Under the pieces are notes generated by a model. That model was not told the origin of the DNA. It saw only the letters and a program-made list of their open reading frames with translations, and searched no databases. From Oscillospiraceae bacterium (GTDB lineage: Bacteria; Bacillota; Clostridia; Oscillospirales; CAG-272), in contig CP091718.1 in NCBI GenBank assembly GCA_022009675.1, positions 1,609,225-1,673,224 on the forward strand: a stretch of DNA of 64,000 bases, read 5' to 3'. The position numbers and the translations under genes are program-made. Shown piece after piece: positions 30,087 to 41,627 of the stretch. Numbering within the stretch: position 1 is the first letter of the stretch; the number at the start of each line of letters is the position of its first letter.

Positions 30087-31531
30087 AAGGGGTCATTTAT
30101 GCCCGCTATTCCTGTGACAATCAACGGGAAGAATCGATTGAAGGTCAATTACGGGACTGCAAGGAATATGCCAAGCGGCATGATATTTTGGTCGTTGACA
30201 CCTACATTGACCGCGCCTTTTCGGCAAAGACCGATCGGCGCCCTGCCTTTCAACAAATGATCAAAGACAGTACCAAGCGCGGGTTTGAAGCTATCATTGT
30301 TTGGAAACTCGACCGCTTTGCCCGTAATCGCTACGACAGCGCAACCTACAAGGCAAAACTTCGTAAAAACGGTGTTCGTGTCATCTCCGCCAACGAAAAC
30401 ATCTCCGAAGGATCCGAGGGCATTCTGCTGGAATCAGTACTGGAGGGCATGGCGGAATACTGCTCCGCCGACCTCTCGGAAAAAGGTACTTCGGGGACAC
30501 ATGGAGAACGCCCTCAAATGCAAGAGCAACGGCGGCGGGATACCCATCGGTTTCTATGTGGATGAAGAAAAGCATTATCAGATTGATCCTTTGACCGCAC
30601 CCCTTGTGCGGGAGGCGTTTGAAAGTTGTGCTGATGGCAAGAAAGTCATCGACATTGCCGAAGACCTCAACCGTCACGGCGCAATTCCCCATCGAGGAAA
30701 GAAATGCACCATCAGCACTGTCATTCTGATGCTGAAAAATCGCAAATACCTCGGAGAGTATAAGTACAGAGATATGGTCGTGCCGGGCGGAATTCCGAGG
30801 ATTGTCTCCGATGAACTGTTTGAACGGGTACAGAAGCAGCTTGTAAAGAACAAAAAAGCCCCGGCAAGACACAAAGCCGAGGACGATTACCTCCTGACAA
30901 CCAAACTGTTTTGCGGTGACTGCGGTTCAATGATGTTTGGGGAAAGCGGAACCAGTAGTTCGGGGACCGTATACCACTACTACAAATGCTCCAATGCCAA
31001 ACGGCATGGCGGATGCCGGAAGAAATCTGTGAGAAAGACATGGATTGAAGATATTGTGGTGGGAAGTGTTCACGAGCTTCTTTGCGATAAAGAACTGATT
31101 CGTGATTGGAGTAACAAAATCCTCGCGATTTTGAGCAAGGAAAAACACCACGCTGCCTCTGTTGAAGCGGGATCTCGCGGAGGTCAAACATAGAATCGAT
31201 AACCTGTTAAATGCCTTGCAGGCGGGCATCATCACCGACTCCACCAAGGAGCGTCTGAATGAACTGGAAGAACGCCGAAAAATGCTGGAAGAACAAATCG
31301 AAGAGGAAAAACTTCAAATGTCCGCAACTGACAAGAGAGCAATTGACCTTTTGGTTTGAAAGAATGGCAAAGTACGACATCACGAAAAAGGAACATCGCC
31401 AGCGGCTCATTGATACTTTCATCAACACTGTGTTTCTCTATGATGACCGTATCCTCATTACCTTCAATCATAAGAACGGACAAAAAGACCATTTCTATGG
31501 AAGAAGCGAACGGTTCGGATTTCAAAAATAG
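30083..31531 (+). pseudogene. large serine recombinase, several frameshifts
   Basis: VIYARYSCDNQREESIEGQ (catalytic Ser), the recombinase domain (ORF 30285-31193), the zinc ribbon CGDCGSMM...YYKCSNAKRHGGC, a coiled coil and a C-terminal tail in further frames (31162-31359, 31259-31531). Confidence 0.8.
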
Positions 31532-31545
31532 ACTGAGACCCAAAA

Positions 31546-31572
31546 ACGGAGATCGTACGATCTCCGTTTTTC
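31546..31572 (+). terminator. rho-independent terminator
   Basis: The palindrome ACGGAGATCGTACGATCTCCGT is followed by TTTTT. Confidence 0.6.
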
Positions 31573-31580
31573 TTGTATAG

Positions 31581-31897
31581 AGAACTCCGACGAAGGAGGA
31601 GTTCTCTCGAAAACTCACCCGCTAAGCGGGTGGTTCCAAAGAGGCTTTTGCCGTTGAACAAAAACAAATGTTAAATATGCAATCACATGAAAACTCAACA
31701 TTGTGAGTGTTGTTTTACCTTGAAATACAACTATGCCCGAAAGGGCATATCGTAAGATGGTAATATCATTAAAACGCAATTCCACATTTGTGGAAGTAGC
31801 GCAATTTTGCAACTGTTGTATTTTATTCAGTGGGCTTTCAGCCCCGCCAGTAACATGCCCTTATAGGGCTGAGCAAGCCACCGGCTTAGCCGGTGGT
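31581..31897. other. cluster of short perfect GC-rich hairpins in noncoding DNA
   Basis: GAGAACTCC/GGAGTTCTC, CACCCGC-TAA-GCGGGTG, CAACA/TGTTG, ATGCCC-GAAA-GGGCAT, TTCCACA-TT-TGTGGAA, GGGCT-TTC-AGCCC, GCCCT-TAT-AGGGC, CCACCGGC-TTA-GCCGGTGG. Confidence 0.4.
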
Positions 31898-32200
31898 TAT
31901 GACTATCAGCCAACGGATTTTATAATCCGTCATAACGCTCCCGGGATCAGTAGCCTTTATTTCCTTCAGTGCGCCTTTAATAGTACGCAGTTTTGGCATA
32001 GCTGCAGATTCCAATTCAAACAGACACGCCAATTCCTTAAACAGAATAGCGATGTTGAGGCACACCCGGGAACCGCATATTTCGTAAGACACGTCGCCGT
32101 TTTCAATCAGCAATCGTAAAAAGCCTTCTGTCATAGCGGTTCCGGGGTCGGATGCTCTGATATCATTCACCGCCTGACAGATGGATCGGAGTTTCACCAT
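31886..32200 (-). CDS. small protein with two internal repeats (possible DNA-binding/excision accessory)
   Basis: LRSICQAVNDIRASDPGTAMTEGFLRLL and LRTIKGALKEIKATDPGSVMTDYKIRWL. It overlaps the 3' end of the integrase gene. Confidence 0.35.
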   Translation of the reverse strand: MVKLRSICQAVNDIRASDPGTAMTEGFLRLLIENGDVSYEICGSRVCLNIAILFKELACLFELESAAMPKLRTIKGALKEIKATDPGSVMTDYKIRWLIVITTG

Positions 32201-33416
32201 CTGCTTTACCTCGAATTATTCTTTCCATTTTCTCTGATGCGTCCTTCATGCTCTCCGCGTAAGGATGCAAATATCTGTTTGTTGTTTTGAGGCTCTCGTG
32301 ACCAAGCACGGTTTTAACCGTTTCGGGATCCACTCCATGCTCCACCATCAGCGAACCGCAGGTATGACGTAAGCCATGCAGTTTCAAATGCCTTAACCCG
32401 TATTTGGCCTGTACTTCAGCGCAGATTCGCGTTGGCGCATACAGGCTGATATTCTTGCCGTACTTGTCCGTAAAGACAAAACCGGAGTCCAGCCACACCC
32501 CTTGCGAGTGTCGCTTGTCGCTGGCCTTGTTGGATTTTGAGTTCGTATAGGATGCGGGAACAGCTTTCGGGGATATACACCGTCCGGTTACTGCTAACGG
32601 ATTTGGTGGTTTTGATTCTTTGCTCTTCTCCCTTGGGCTTATAAACGCTCCGGGAAATGGTGATGATTTGCTTGTCGAAATCAATATCATCCCACATAAG
32701 CCCTACCAGTTCTCCGCGGCGCATACCCGTGGTAACCGCAAGCGTCAGCAACGCCCTTGTGCGAATGTCTTCGTTCTCCAGTGCCTCCATCAGTTGTTCA
32801 ACTTCTTCATCGCTATAGGCTTCCAACTTTGGCTGAACGATTTTCGGATAATGGATATAATTCTTTCCGATTGGATTGGTTTCAATAAACTTCTGTTTCC
32901 ATGCCTCAGTAATAATAGAGGAAAACACGGTTGAATACCGTTTGACCGATGCCGGAGACAGACCATGCTCTCCCTTGGCACTTGCTTCGGGTGTGGACAA
33001 AAAATCGACAAAACTCTGAATGTGAGTCGAATCCACATCCTCAAGCTCCACTCTTCCAAAGGAAGGCAGAATGAGCGAGTCAATGATCAGTTCATAGGTT
33101 CTACAGGTCGTGGGAGAGAGATGCTTCTGAATGGAAGGATAATAATAATCCTGTACGAACTGCTCGATGGTCATTCTTCTGCGTGCCCTGATCTCCCGGC
33201 TGACCGCCTGTTTTCTTTTCATAGCCACCGCTATGTACAAGTTCCTCAAAGAGAACAGCATACTTTTCAGCAGCCTTCCTCGCCATGGCTGACGTTGATC
33301 CAACCGGAGGCTTATAGATAGTGGAAACAAGGTCTTGCTTCCCGTTTTCTTCATTCCATTGGAGACACGAATCAAAAAAATGTGCCGTTTGGCTTTTTCG
33401 TAATATTTGCCATCAT
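32163..33416 (-). pseudogene. tyrosine-type site-specific integrase, several frameshifts
   Basis: MANITKKPNGTFF..., ARKAAEKYAVLFEEL, the core-binding region in ORF 32416-33375, and the catalytic HGLRHTCGSLM and LGHESLKTTNRYLH in ORF 32163-32690. Confidence 0.8.
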
Positions 33417-33686
33417 TATACGCGAGTCCTTGCGATCATAGTTGCGACAGGGCCGCGTATGCGGCAGATACGAATAGTGCCTGTAGTCGGCGGCATTATA
33501 AACCGCGACTTGTCCGCAACGATTGCAGAAAGCAGAAAAATGTCCTTGCAGATCTTCGTATTTATCTATCGTCCTGAGCTTGCAGAACTTACACGGGATT
33601 TTCTTCTGTTCCATTGTTGCAACGGTAGCCATTAAAGGCGCATTATCTTTTTTTGACACGGGCAATGTATTCCCGGTCGAGAACAA
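33372..33686 (-). CDS. zinc-ribbon-containing ORF running into the integrase start
   Basis: CKFCK...CNRCG. There is no stop before the MANITKK integrase start, so its status as a separate gene is unclear. Confidence 0.25.
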   Translation of the reverse strand: MFSTGNTLPVSKKDNAPLMATVATMEQKKIPCKFCKLRTIDKYEDLQGHFSAFCNRCGQVAVYNAADYRHYSYLPHTRPCRNYDRKDSRIMMANITKKPNGTFF

Positions 33687-33704
33687 TTCTTTTTGGCACT
33701 GCTA

Positions 33705-34349
33705 TCACCTCCATGTAAAGAACGATGCCGTCAGCAGGTCATATTCTTTAAATGGTTTGTGATCAACCATGTTCAACCGATCAAGGCGATATAAAAGGCA
33801 GGTTTGAGATACTCCGAGATAACACGCCATCATCCGTAGTCGATAGCGGTCTTCCGGATACAAATAATGTTCGTCAAACACAGTCACTTTATCTTTGCGC
33901 ATAAAGGTGAACATAGACCAGCCGACAAGATTCGGACGGAGCAGAAGACAGGAGGCTACCACATTTGCTTGCCATTCCTTGAAATCATCTTCCGTCACAA
34001 GGCTTTTGCCTGAATTTTTGATGCGGTAATTCACAACCGTTTGCGGAGAATAGGACGGATCCTGCCAATTGATCAGATCGTGACCACACTCGTGAGCAAT
34101 CGTGAAGTTCCGCTCGCCGGCTTTCTTGTCATCGATCAGTCTGTCGTCGAGAATGATCTGATTTCCTGTCCGCATTCCTTCGATTCCTGTGTCAGGGTCA
34201 AAGGCAAAATAAGAGATATCGAGTTTTAAGTAGTCTTTGGCGAAGGCTTGAATGTCAAGTGGATCATAGCCGTCATAGGTATTTCCGAGATAATCCCGGA
34301 GAATGAAGTCGGCGAGTTGTTCAAACTCGGCTTTTGTACCTATGATCAT
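33705..34349 (-). CDS. ImmA/IrrE-family metallopeptidase
   Basis: HExxH in FTIAHECGHDLINW. The likely start is MIIGTKAEF, overlapping the upstream ORF. Confidence 0.75.
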   Translation of the reverse strand: MIIGTKAEFEQLADFILRDYLGNTYDGYDPLDIQAFAKDYLKLDISYFAFDPDTGIEGMRTGNQIILDDRLIDDKKAGERNFTIAHECGHDLINWQDPSYSPQTVVNYRIKNSGKSLVTEDDFKEWQANVVASCLLLRPNLVGWSMFTFMRKDKVTVFDEHYLYPEDRYRLRMMACYLGVSQTCLLYRLDRLNMVDHKPFKEYDLLTASFFTWR

Positions 34350-34616
34350 GTATCTACCTCGATTACAACCTCGTCTTCCATAAACCATTTACCTTCCTCA
34401 TCGTACAGGTAGCGAGGCAGTCCTTCCACCAATACGGTGTAGCGGATACCGCATCCTCCGACCTTGGTCGAAGCTGCTCTTTCGACTCTCATTACTCGGT
34501 CAATTTTATAGGTGTGACCATCCTTCCATAAAAACTTCTTCGGGAAAACGCGCCCGTCCTTCTCAACGATAACGCTGACAGCGACCGGTTGCTTGACAAA
34601 TTTGGTCGTTTGCATA
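34346..34616 (-). CDS. hypothetical protein
   Basis: MQTTKFVKQPVAVSVIVEKDGRVFPKKFLWKDGHTYKIDRV.... It is intact and sits between dinB and immA. Confidence 0.35.
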
Positions 34617-34705
34617 TTGAACCTCCTACATAGGTATTCCTGTCGGCATGATAATATCGGGATTATCATGCGGCGACATTTTTAGGATTATTGAGCAGGC
34701 AGGCA

Positions 34706-35545
34706 TTACGGATAATTTTTCTTTCCGAAGCGGTAGCGCAAGTTTTCAATGGTTTTGTCCAGAGATTCTGCTTTCGCAACTTTGATTGGATCGGAAAACA
34801 GGTCGAGCTGACATGGGGTGTCCAGCGATGTGAGATTGATGGCTCTGACCGTAATCGAACGAATCGGATGTGTCCAGTCATAGTTGTGTAAAAACAGGGA
34901 GAAGGCTTCCTTCGCAATAACCGATGGACTTTGTGTGGAAACGGGGAGTCCACACTGCCACTGCTTTGTAAAAAGGTTTTTATCTCGAATCGCAATTGCG
35001 ATGCCTGTTGCTTTCTTGTTGAAGACATAGAGCCGGTGTCCTATGTCTTGGCAGAGTTCGAGGATGAATTTCCAGACCTCTGCCGGATTTTCAAGGTCCT
35101 GAATTGCCGTCATACCATGTCCGACGGTTTTGTCCGGGGCTTCAATATCCCTGACTGTGACGGGCGATGTATCAAGACCGTTGGCGAAACGCCATATATC
35201 AACACCGCATTTTCCGAGTCTTCTCTGAAAAAATTCGACCAAAAACTGCGCGAGCTGTCCGATTGTGTAGATGCCAACTGACGATAATTTCTTTTCAGTT
35301 GCCCGACCGATGCCGAGCATATCCGATGCGGGGAGATCCCACACAATCTCTTTAAAAGATTCTTTCGGAATCACGATGACGGCATCGGGCTTTTTCATAT
35401 CCGAACCGAGTTTGGCAAATATCTTATTAAAGGAAACTCCGATGGAGACCGTTAATCCAAGTTCATACTTGATGGTTTCCTTTATCTTTTCTGCAATATG
35501 CAAAGGAGTGCCGATATAACGCTGACATCCGGTGCTGCCAGTACA
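34706..35545 (-). pseudogene. dinB: Y-family DNA polymerase IV, 5'-truncated
   Basis: LTVSIGVSFNKIFAKLGSDMKKPDAVIVI plus little-finger region sequence. The catalytic N-terminus is missing. Homology ends near 35545, where the RHS reading starts on the other strand. Confidence 0.8.
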
Positions 35546-35547
35546 AC

Positions 35548-38023
35548 ATGTATGACAGCAGCACACGGGTTTTGCTCGAAACCTGGGACTCGGACGGAAA
35601 CGGTACAGCCAATGAATATACAAATCGTGTACTGAAATCACAGACCACCTTCAGGTATGATGCAGAGAGCAATGACCTGTTGTCTTGGTATCTGTTTACC
35701 CGATTTGAATCCGAAACTTCCACATGGAATCCGGCCACCACAGCTATTTCAAAAACAGAATACAGCATCAATGCATTTGGTCTGAACACAGGTACCGTCA
35801 GCTATGCGGCGACTGGCACGAAGGATGACGCTACACAGGACAGTAACTCTCTTCAGCTCCGTAGCTATACCACCTATAACCTGACCACAGGCTCCGCCCT
35901 GTTCGGCAGGGTGCTTTCTGCCGCCGACACCTCCGGTTATACCACCAGCTACACCTACGGGCCCAACGGACAACTGCTTTATGAGAAGTACCACGACGGA
36001 AGCGGCCTGTACTATATGTACGATGCCCTGGGGCGCATGACCAATGTGTACCCACTGGCATATTCCCCCTCCGTCAATGCATACTATGCCGATACAGCCG
36101 GCGAGAAGGCGGTATATACGTATAACAGCAACCGACAGATGGAGTCTGTCACCACCGCCAGTACGGTATATACCTTCACCTATGACGATTTCGGCAACGT
36201 CACCGCCGTCTATGCGGACGGAAACCCGGCTTGGCCACCTACACCTACGGGAGCAACAACGGCAAGCTGACCACGCTGACCTACGGAAGCGGAAAAAAAC
36301 TATGCATTATTCATATGATGCGCTTGACAGAGTGAGTGAAATATGTTATAATGACAATGAGAGTGTACAGCATAAGTATATTTATACCTACACAGCCTCC
36401 GGCGCTGTCCATTCCTTGGAATGCACCGAGAGCGGGCGGAAGTATCAGTACAGCTACAACAGCCGCGGTCAGCTGATCGGGTACACGGAGCTGGCTGTCA
36501 GAGAGAACGCCTACACCGACCTTTCCCAGAGTTTCTTCTGGTATGACGACCTGAACCGGTTAGACTATGCCCAGACCACCTTCCGTTATGCCGTAGGCGA
36601 TACGAACTACCTAAGCGAAGCGGACTACTATGATGCTGTGGGCTACGAGTATACGTATGACAACAGCGCTTCCGGCAGAGACGGAAGCGGCGTCGGTGCG
36701 CTGACCGAGCTGGAGATTTTCGGTGGCGGTCTGCACCATGGGGCGACCATATCTTACGGGTACGACAGCATGTACCGCCTGACGGAGAAAACCACCACGG
36801 CGAATGAAAATGCCGGCTTCTCCCAGACGGTGAGCTACGGGTACAGGCAGCTCGGCAGCGGGCGCACCACCGGGCAGGTCAGCTCGTACCGGTCGGAGGT
36901 GAACGGCACCGCGACCGCATACACGTATACCTACGATTCCAACGGCAATATCACACGGATCACCGACCAGAGCGGCAAGGTGACGCGGTATACCTACGAT
37001 AAGCTGGGACAGCTGACGCGGGAGGATAACCCGTACCTGAACAAGACCTACGTGTACACCTACGACAACGCAGGCAATCGGCTTAGTAAGAAAAAATATG
37101 CGTATACGACGGGCACACCGGGTAACGAAACCGCGACCGAGTCTTACAATTATACCGGCGACCGGTTGACACAGGTCGGTTCGATAGTATATCAGTATGA
37201 CGCCATCGGCAACCCCACCACCTACAACGGGTATACGCTGGAGTGGAACGGTCGCAAACTCATGGAGATGTCCATGAACGGGGGACAGTTCCTGTATACC
37301 TTCGCGTATAACGCCGATGGCATCCGAACCGCCAAGACAAACGGCAGTACGATCCACCACTACACGCTGAACGGCTCCCAAATCGTCACCGAGACATGGA
37401 CGACGAAGAGCAGTAGTGGCGCGGAGACCCCGAACCACTTCCTGGTATACCTCTATGATGAGAACGGCGCTCCCGTCGGGTTGCAGTACCGAAACAAGAC
37501 CTATGGAACGTATACGTTTGACACCTACTACTTCGAGAAGAATCTGCAAGGGGACATTATCGCCATCTACACGGAAAACGGAACCAAGATAGGCTCCCAT
37601 ACCTATGACGCATGGGGCAACTGCACGGTTTCCACCGAGTCTGGTACGACAACGATTCAGAAGCGGATTGTCCGCACGCTTAATCCCTTCCGGTATCGGG
37701 GGTATTACTACGATACGGACACGGGGCTGTACTATCTGCAAAGCCGGTACTATAACCCCCAGTGGGGACGGTTTCTCAATGCGGATGGGTATGTGAATGC
37801 CAACGGGGATTTGATTGGCTTCAATATGTATGCGTATTGTAGCAATAATCCGGTTAATAATGTTGACCTAACGGGTCATATGGCAACGGAAGCAGCGATT
37901 GCCGCAACAAACTGGTGGAATCCGGCTGGTTGGATAGCGGTTGCAGTTTTGGTTATCGAAGTAGTTGCCGTAGTCACTATTGTATGTGTTGCGAATGAGT
38001 CGGAAAAACCAACGAGGAAGTAG
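35548..38023 (+). pseudogene. RHS/YD-repeat protein, 5'-truncated, frameshifts near 36230-36300
   Basis: Many YD repeats (YTYDxxGN, YxYDxLGQL). The core tail reads FRYRGYYYDTDTGLYYLQSRYYNPQWGRFLNADGYV...YCSNNPVNNVDLTGH, then a TM segment. There is no N-terminal secretion domain. Confidence 0.85.
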
Positions 38024-38418
38024 CGTCAAATGTAAAAGAGAAAGTTGAAGCAATTCCGAATATTCCTGACACAAAAGATCAAAGTGTATATTTGTTAATA
38101 GGCAATGATGACAAAAAGGTTAAATATATCGGAAGGAGTAACGATCCGGTGAGAAGAATGAGCGAACATAAACGAGATCCTCTGCATCCGGAAAGAATAG
38201 GTTATACTATGGTTGTTGTGGCAACAGGCCTTAGTACTAAAGAAGCTAAAGTTGCCGAGCAGGTTCTAATATCTGCTTATACATTAAGCTATTTGGATAA
38301 TGCTAGAAGAGAAATTGCAGTTGGTAATTTGCCAGGATACTGGGACTATATGAGTTCTATTGCACAAATAATCGGAAGTGTGACAGAAGATGAGTTGATG
38401 AATTTAATAGGGGGATAA
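37999..38418 (+). pseudogene. GIY-YIG nuclease-like toxin domain, out of frame with the RHS body
   Basis: VYLLIGNDDKKVKYIGRSNDPVRRMSEHKRD. This frame is open from 37999. One extra A in the A5 run 38004-38008 would fuse it to the RHS ORF. Confidence 0.55.
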
Positions 38419-38419
38419 A

Positions 38420-39323
38420 ATGAGTGCATGGGGAACAGCAATATTTTCTGATGACTTAGCCATGGATATTCGAAGAGACTATGGTATCCTGTTAGCCACA
38501 GGAAAGGAAAACAGCGAAGCAGAAGACATGCTAATAAAGTATTATTCCAGTATTTTGAATAGTCACGGCCCGGATGAAGAAGTTTTTTGGTATGCACTGG
38601 CTCTTTCTGAATGGAAGAAGGGGCGGCTGAGTGATTTTGTGAAAGCGAAAGCTTTGAGAGCTTTAGATGCTGGGAAGGACTTGGAACGCTGGAATGTAGC
38701 GGGTAACGAAAAAGAATTATGAAAAGCGGAAACAGGTGCTGAAGGAATTCCGCAATGTTATACTGCAACCAATGCCGGCTTTGAAAAATCAAAAAAAGCC
38801 AACCGTACATCACTGCCCATGGAAAGAGGGAGACTTACTTGCATATCGGATCGTTTCCAACAAGCGGAATCTGGAAAATCATCCGTGCTTCATGAAGTAT
38901 GTATTGTTGCGGGTTGTCAGAGTTGAAAAGCATCCTGTTACGAAGATTTATGATTCCGGATATTATGATGAAACCATGTTGGTTGCTCTTTACAACTGGA
39001 TGGGGAGCGCCATGCCCAGCTCCGAAATTGTGAATGAACTGAACTATACGCCTGTCATGGATATACCGAAAGACTTAAAGCCATTATTGGGCGGAAAGGC
39101 TGAAAAATTTGCGTGGCTGGATTGGTTGCCAACCAAAGATGCGCCTGGGGATATAAAAACATTGGACCAGAACAAAAATTATAGAAATGCTTATCCAGAT
39201 TATTTTAAGAATCCGCTATGTTCACGTGTGCTCACTCATTTGCTATCATTCGATCTGATTCTTTCAGATAAATTTGAACCGTACTGGGGGAATGATTTCA
39301 GTTCAGAATATATGTTCATTTAA
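38420..39323 (+). pseudogene. DUF4259-like immunity candidate, one frameshift
   Basis: MSAWGTAIFSDDLAMDIRRDY has the DUF4259-type start. The shift at the A5 run near 38708 joins ORFs 38420-38722 and 38736-39323. Confidence 0.6.
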
Positions 39324-39436
39324 TCCAATAGTCTCAATGACACCAAGAAGGCATCATTTCTATCACGATAGCTAAATAATCCAGTAGTTGGAACTATTGA
39401 CTAAAATATAGCCAATCCCTTTGTGCAGATGGACAC

Positions 39437-41004
39437 GTCAGCACCGGGCGCACCTCCGGGCAGGTGAAGGTCTACCAGTCTGAGACGGGGGACAGCACCA
39501 CCCGGTACACGTACACCTATGATGCCAACGGGAACATCACCAAAAGCACCAACCAGGACGGCCTTGTGACCCGGTACACCTATGATACGCTGGGACAGCT
39601 GACGCGGGAGGATAACCCGTACCTGAACAAGACCTACGTGTACACCTACGACAACGCAGGCAATCGGCTTAGTAAGAAAAATATGCGTATACGACGGGCA
39701 CACCGGGTAACGAAACCGCGACCGAGTCTTACAATTATACCGGCGACCGGTTGACACAGGTGGGGTCCGTCACCTATGCGTATGACGCCGTGGGCAACCC
39801 TACCACCTACAACGGGTATACGCTGGAGTGGAACGGTCGCAAACTCATGGAGATGTCCATGAACGTGGGACAGTTCCTGTATACCTTCGCGTATAACGCC
39901 GAGGGCATCCGAACCGTCAAGACAAACGGCAGTACGATCCACCACTACACGCTGAACGGCTCCCAAATCGTCACCGAGACATGGACGACGAAGAGCAGTA
40001 GTGGCGCGGAGACCCCGAACCACTTCCTTGTATACCTCTATGATGAGAACGGCGCTCCCGTCGGGTTGCAGTACCGAAACAAGACCTATGGAACGTATAC
40101 GTTTGACACCTACTACTTCGAGAAGAATCTGCAAGGGGACATCATCGCCATCTACACGGAAAACGGAACCAAGATAGGCTCGTATACCTATGACGCATGT
40201 GGCAACTGCACTTTTTCCACCGAGTCGGGCACGACAACGATTCAGAAGCGGATTGTCCGCACGCTCAATCCGTTCCGGTATCGGGGGTATTATTACGACT
40301 ATGATACGGGGCTGTACTATTTGCAGAGCCGGTACTATGTGCCGCAGTGGGGACGGTTCCTGAATGCGGATGGGTATGTCAGCACAGGGACGGGATTGCT
40401 GGGTTACAATATGTATGCGTATTGGAATAATAATCCGGTCATGTACATGGATTTGACAGGGCACTCGTGGGAATCCTTCTGGGATGATGTTAAGTTTGTC
40501 GGAGAAGCACTGTTGGGAACAGCTGTTGCGACAGCTTGTATTGGCTTAGCTGTGCTTTCAATAGCTGGTTCAATTGGGCTTACAGGCATAAGCGGCAGGG
40601 GCTGGTGCAGTATCAATTCCTGCTGCTGTTGCTGTAACTGCCGAATGCTTGGCAGTTGCTTCTGTTGCTCTTGCCGGGGTTGGGGCGATTGCTCTTGCCG
40701 CAGAAGGCATTGCCACAGGTTCCCCGATTCAACGGGGGGCGGTGGAAAAGGATGGCGTGGGGATAAGAACTGGAGATATAATGTAGAAACAGTGCGAGGG
40801 GGTGGGGATATTACTTCTTTAAAAGGCGGAATACCCACCGAGCAAGAAGCATTAGATTTAATCCGAGAGGCAGGTGGAGAGGTCATCCGGATTGACCCTG
40901 CCCACCCTGCAAATGGAATCAGCACGCATACCTATCCGCACATTCACTACAGTATCAATGGGAGCGAAAAAAACATAATCAAGATTATCGAGGTATTACC
41001 ATGA
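39437..41004 (+). pseudogene. orphan RHS core fragment + C-terminal toxin, frameshifted
   Basis: It is near-identical to 36850-37790 but has A5 (39677-39681) where the other copies have A6. The tail reads YWNNNPVMYMDLTGH. The CT region needs two further shifts, one of them at the G6 run 40734-40739. Confidence 0.8.
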
Positions 41005-41627
41005 AAATGATAGAGGCTTTGCTGTGGAAAAATCAGTGCAGAGAGTCTATTATAATTCGGGATGATTCAGACACTATAAAGGAAAAGTTTATAAACCAGT
41101 ATATTGATAAACATGTGCCCGGGTATCACGAGCACATTGAAATCATTCATCATTATGGATACAGAGGGTATCTTTGGGAGTTTTGCAAGAAGGAAGGTCG
41201 CAAGATTATCGGCGAAAAAGAGGCATTCTTGTGGATTGAAGAGCAGGGGACTACGCTGTTCTTCTTTGACAATTCAAATTACATGGGAGAGGAAACAGTC
41301 GCATCTATACCTGATATAGAATGGACAAACCATGTATATCAATGTAAAGGAGATACAGTTTGCCGCCTTTCAAAGGCGTACAATCCCTATGATTCTCGAA
41401 GCGCAGCCTACATGAAGTCTAACCGAATCAATCCATTCCCCCAGTCATTCTATATTTGTACACCAGATCTATCCCAATGTATTATGTTGACCGGGAGTAT
41501 GAGCGTATATCCGGCAAAGAGCAAGATCGTATATGCGTACTGTACGAGAACGGATAGGCATTCGCAACAGGTTGACGCTACAGTCCTTCGGATTCTACGG
41601 ACTATAACTGTTATGCGTATGCACTAG
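41001..41627 (+). CDS. immunity candidate
   Basis: Its ATG overlaps the upstream stop (ATGA). No motif recognised. The 3' end is probably over-extended. Confidence 0.35.
   Translation: MKMIEALLWKNQCRESIIIRDDSDTIKEKFINQYIDKHVPGYHEHIEIIHHYGYRGYLWEFCKKEGRKIIGEKEAFLWIEEQGTTLFFFDNSNYMGEETVASIPDIEWTNHVYQCKGDTVCRLSKAYNPYDSRSAAYMKSNRINPFPQSFYICTPDLSQCIMLTGSMSVYPAKSKIVYAYCTRTDRHSQQVDATVLRILRTITVMRMH

Noticed and set aside
36611-37741. Long antisense ORFs across the RHS repeats (36611-37741, 39646-40464, 48198-49079, 52627-53151 and others).
   Set aside because: They mirror the GC-rich, stop-poor YD-repeat coding strand. They have no RBS or recognisable motifs and reappear wherever the RHS core is duplicated. 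They are shadow ORFs.
40590-40740. A cysteine-rich peptide (SINSCCCCCNCRMLGSCFCCSCRGWGDCSCRRRHCH) inside ORF 39751-41004, suggestive of a RiPP or metal-binding tail.
   Set aside because: The neighbouring frame reads a typical Ala/Gly/Val membrane segment (AGAGAVSIPAAVAVTAECLAVASVALAGVGAIALAAEGIATG) like the other RHS C-termini. The Cys run is a frameshift artefact bounded by indels, one of them in a G6 run.
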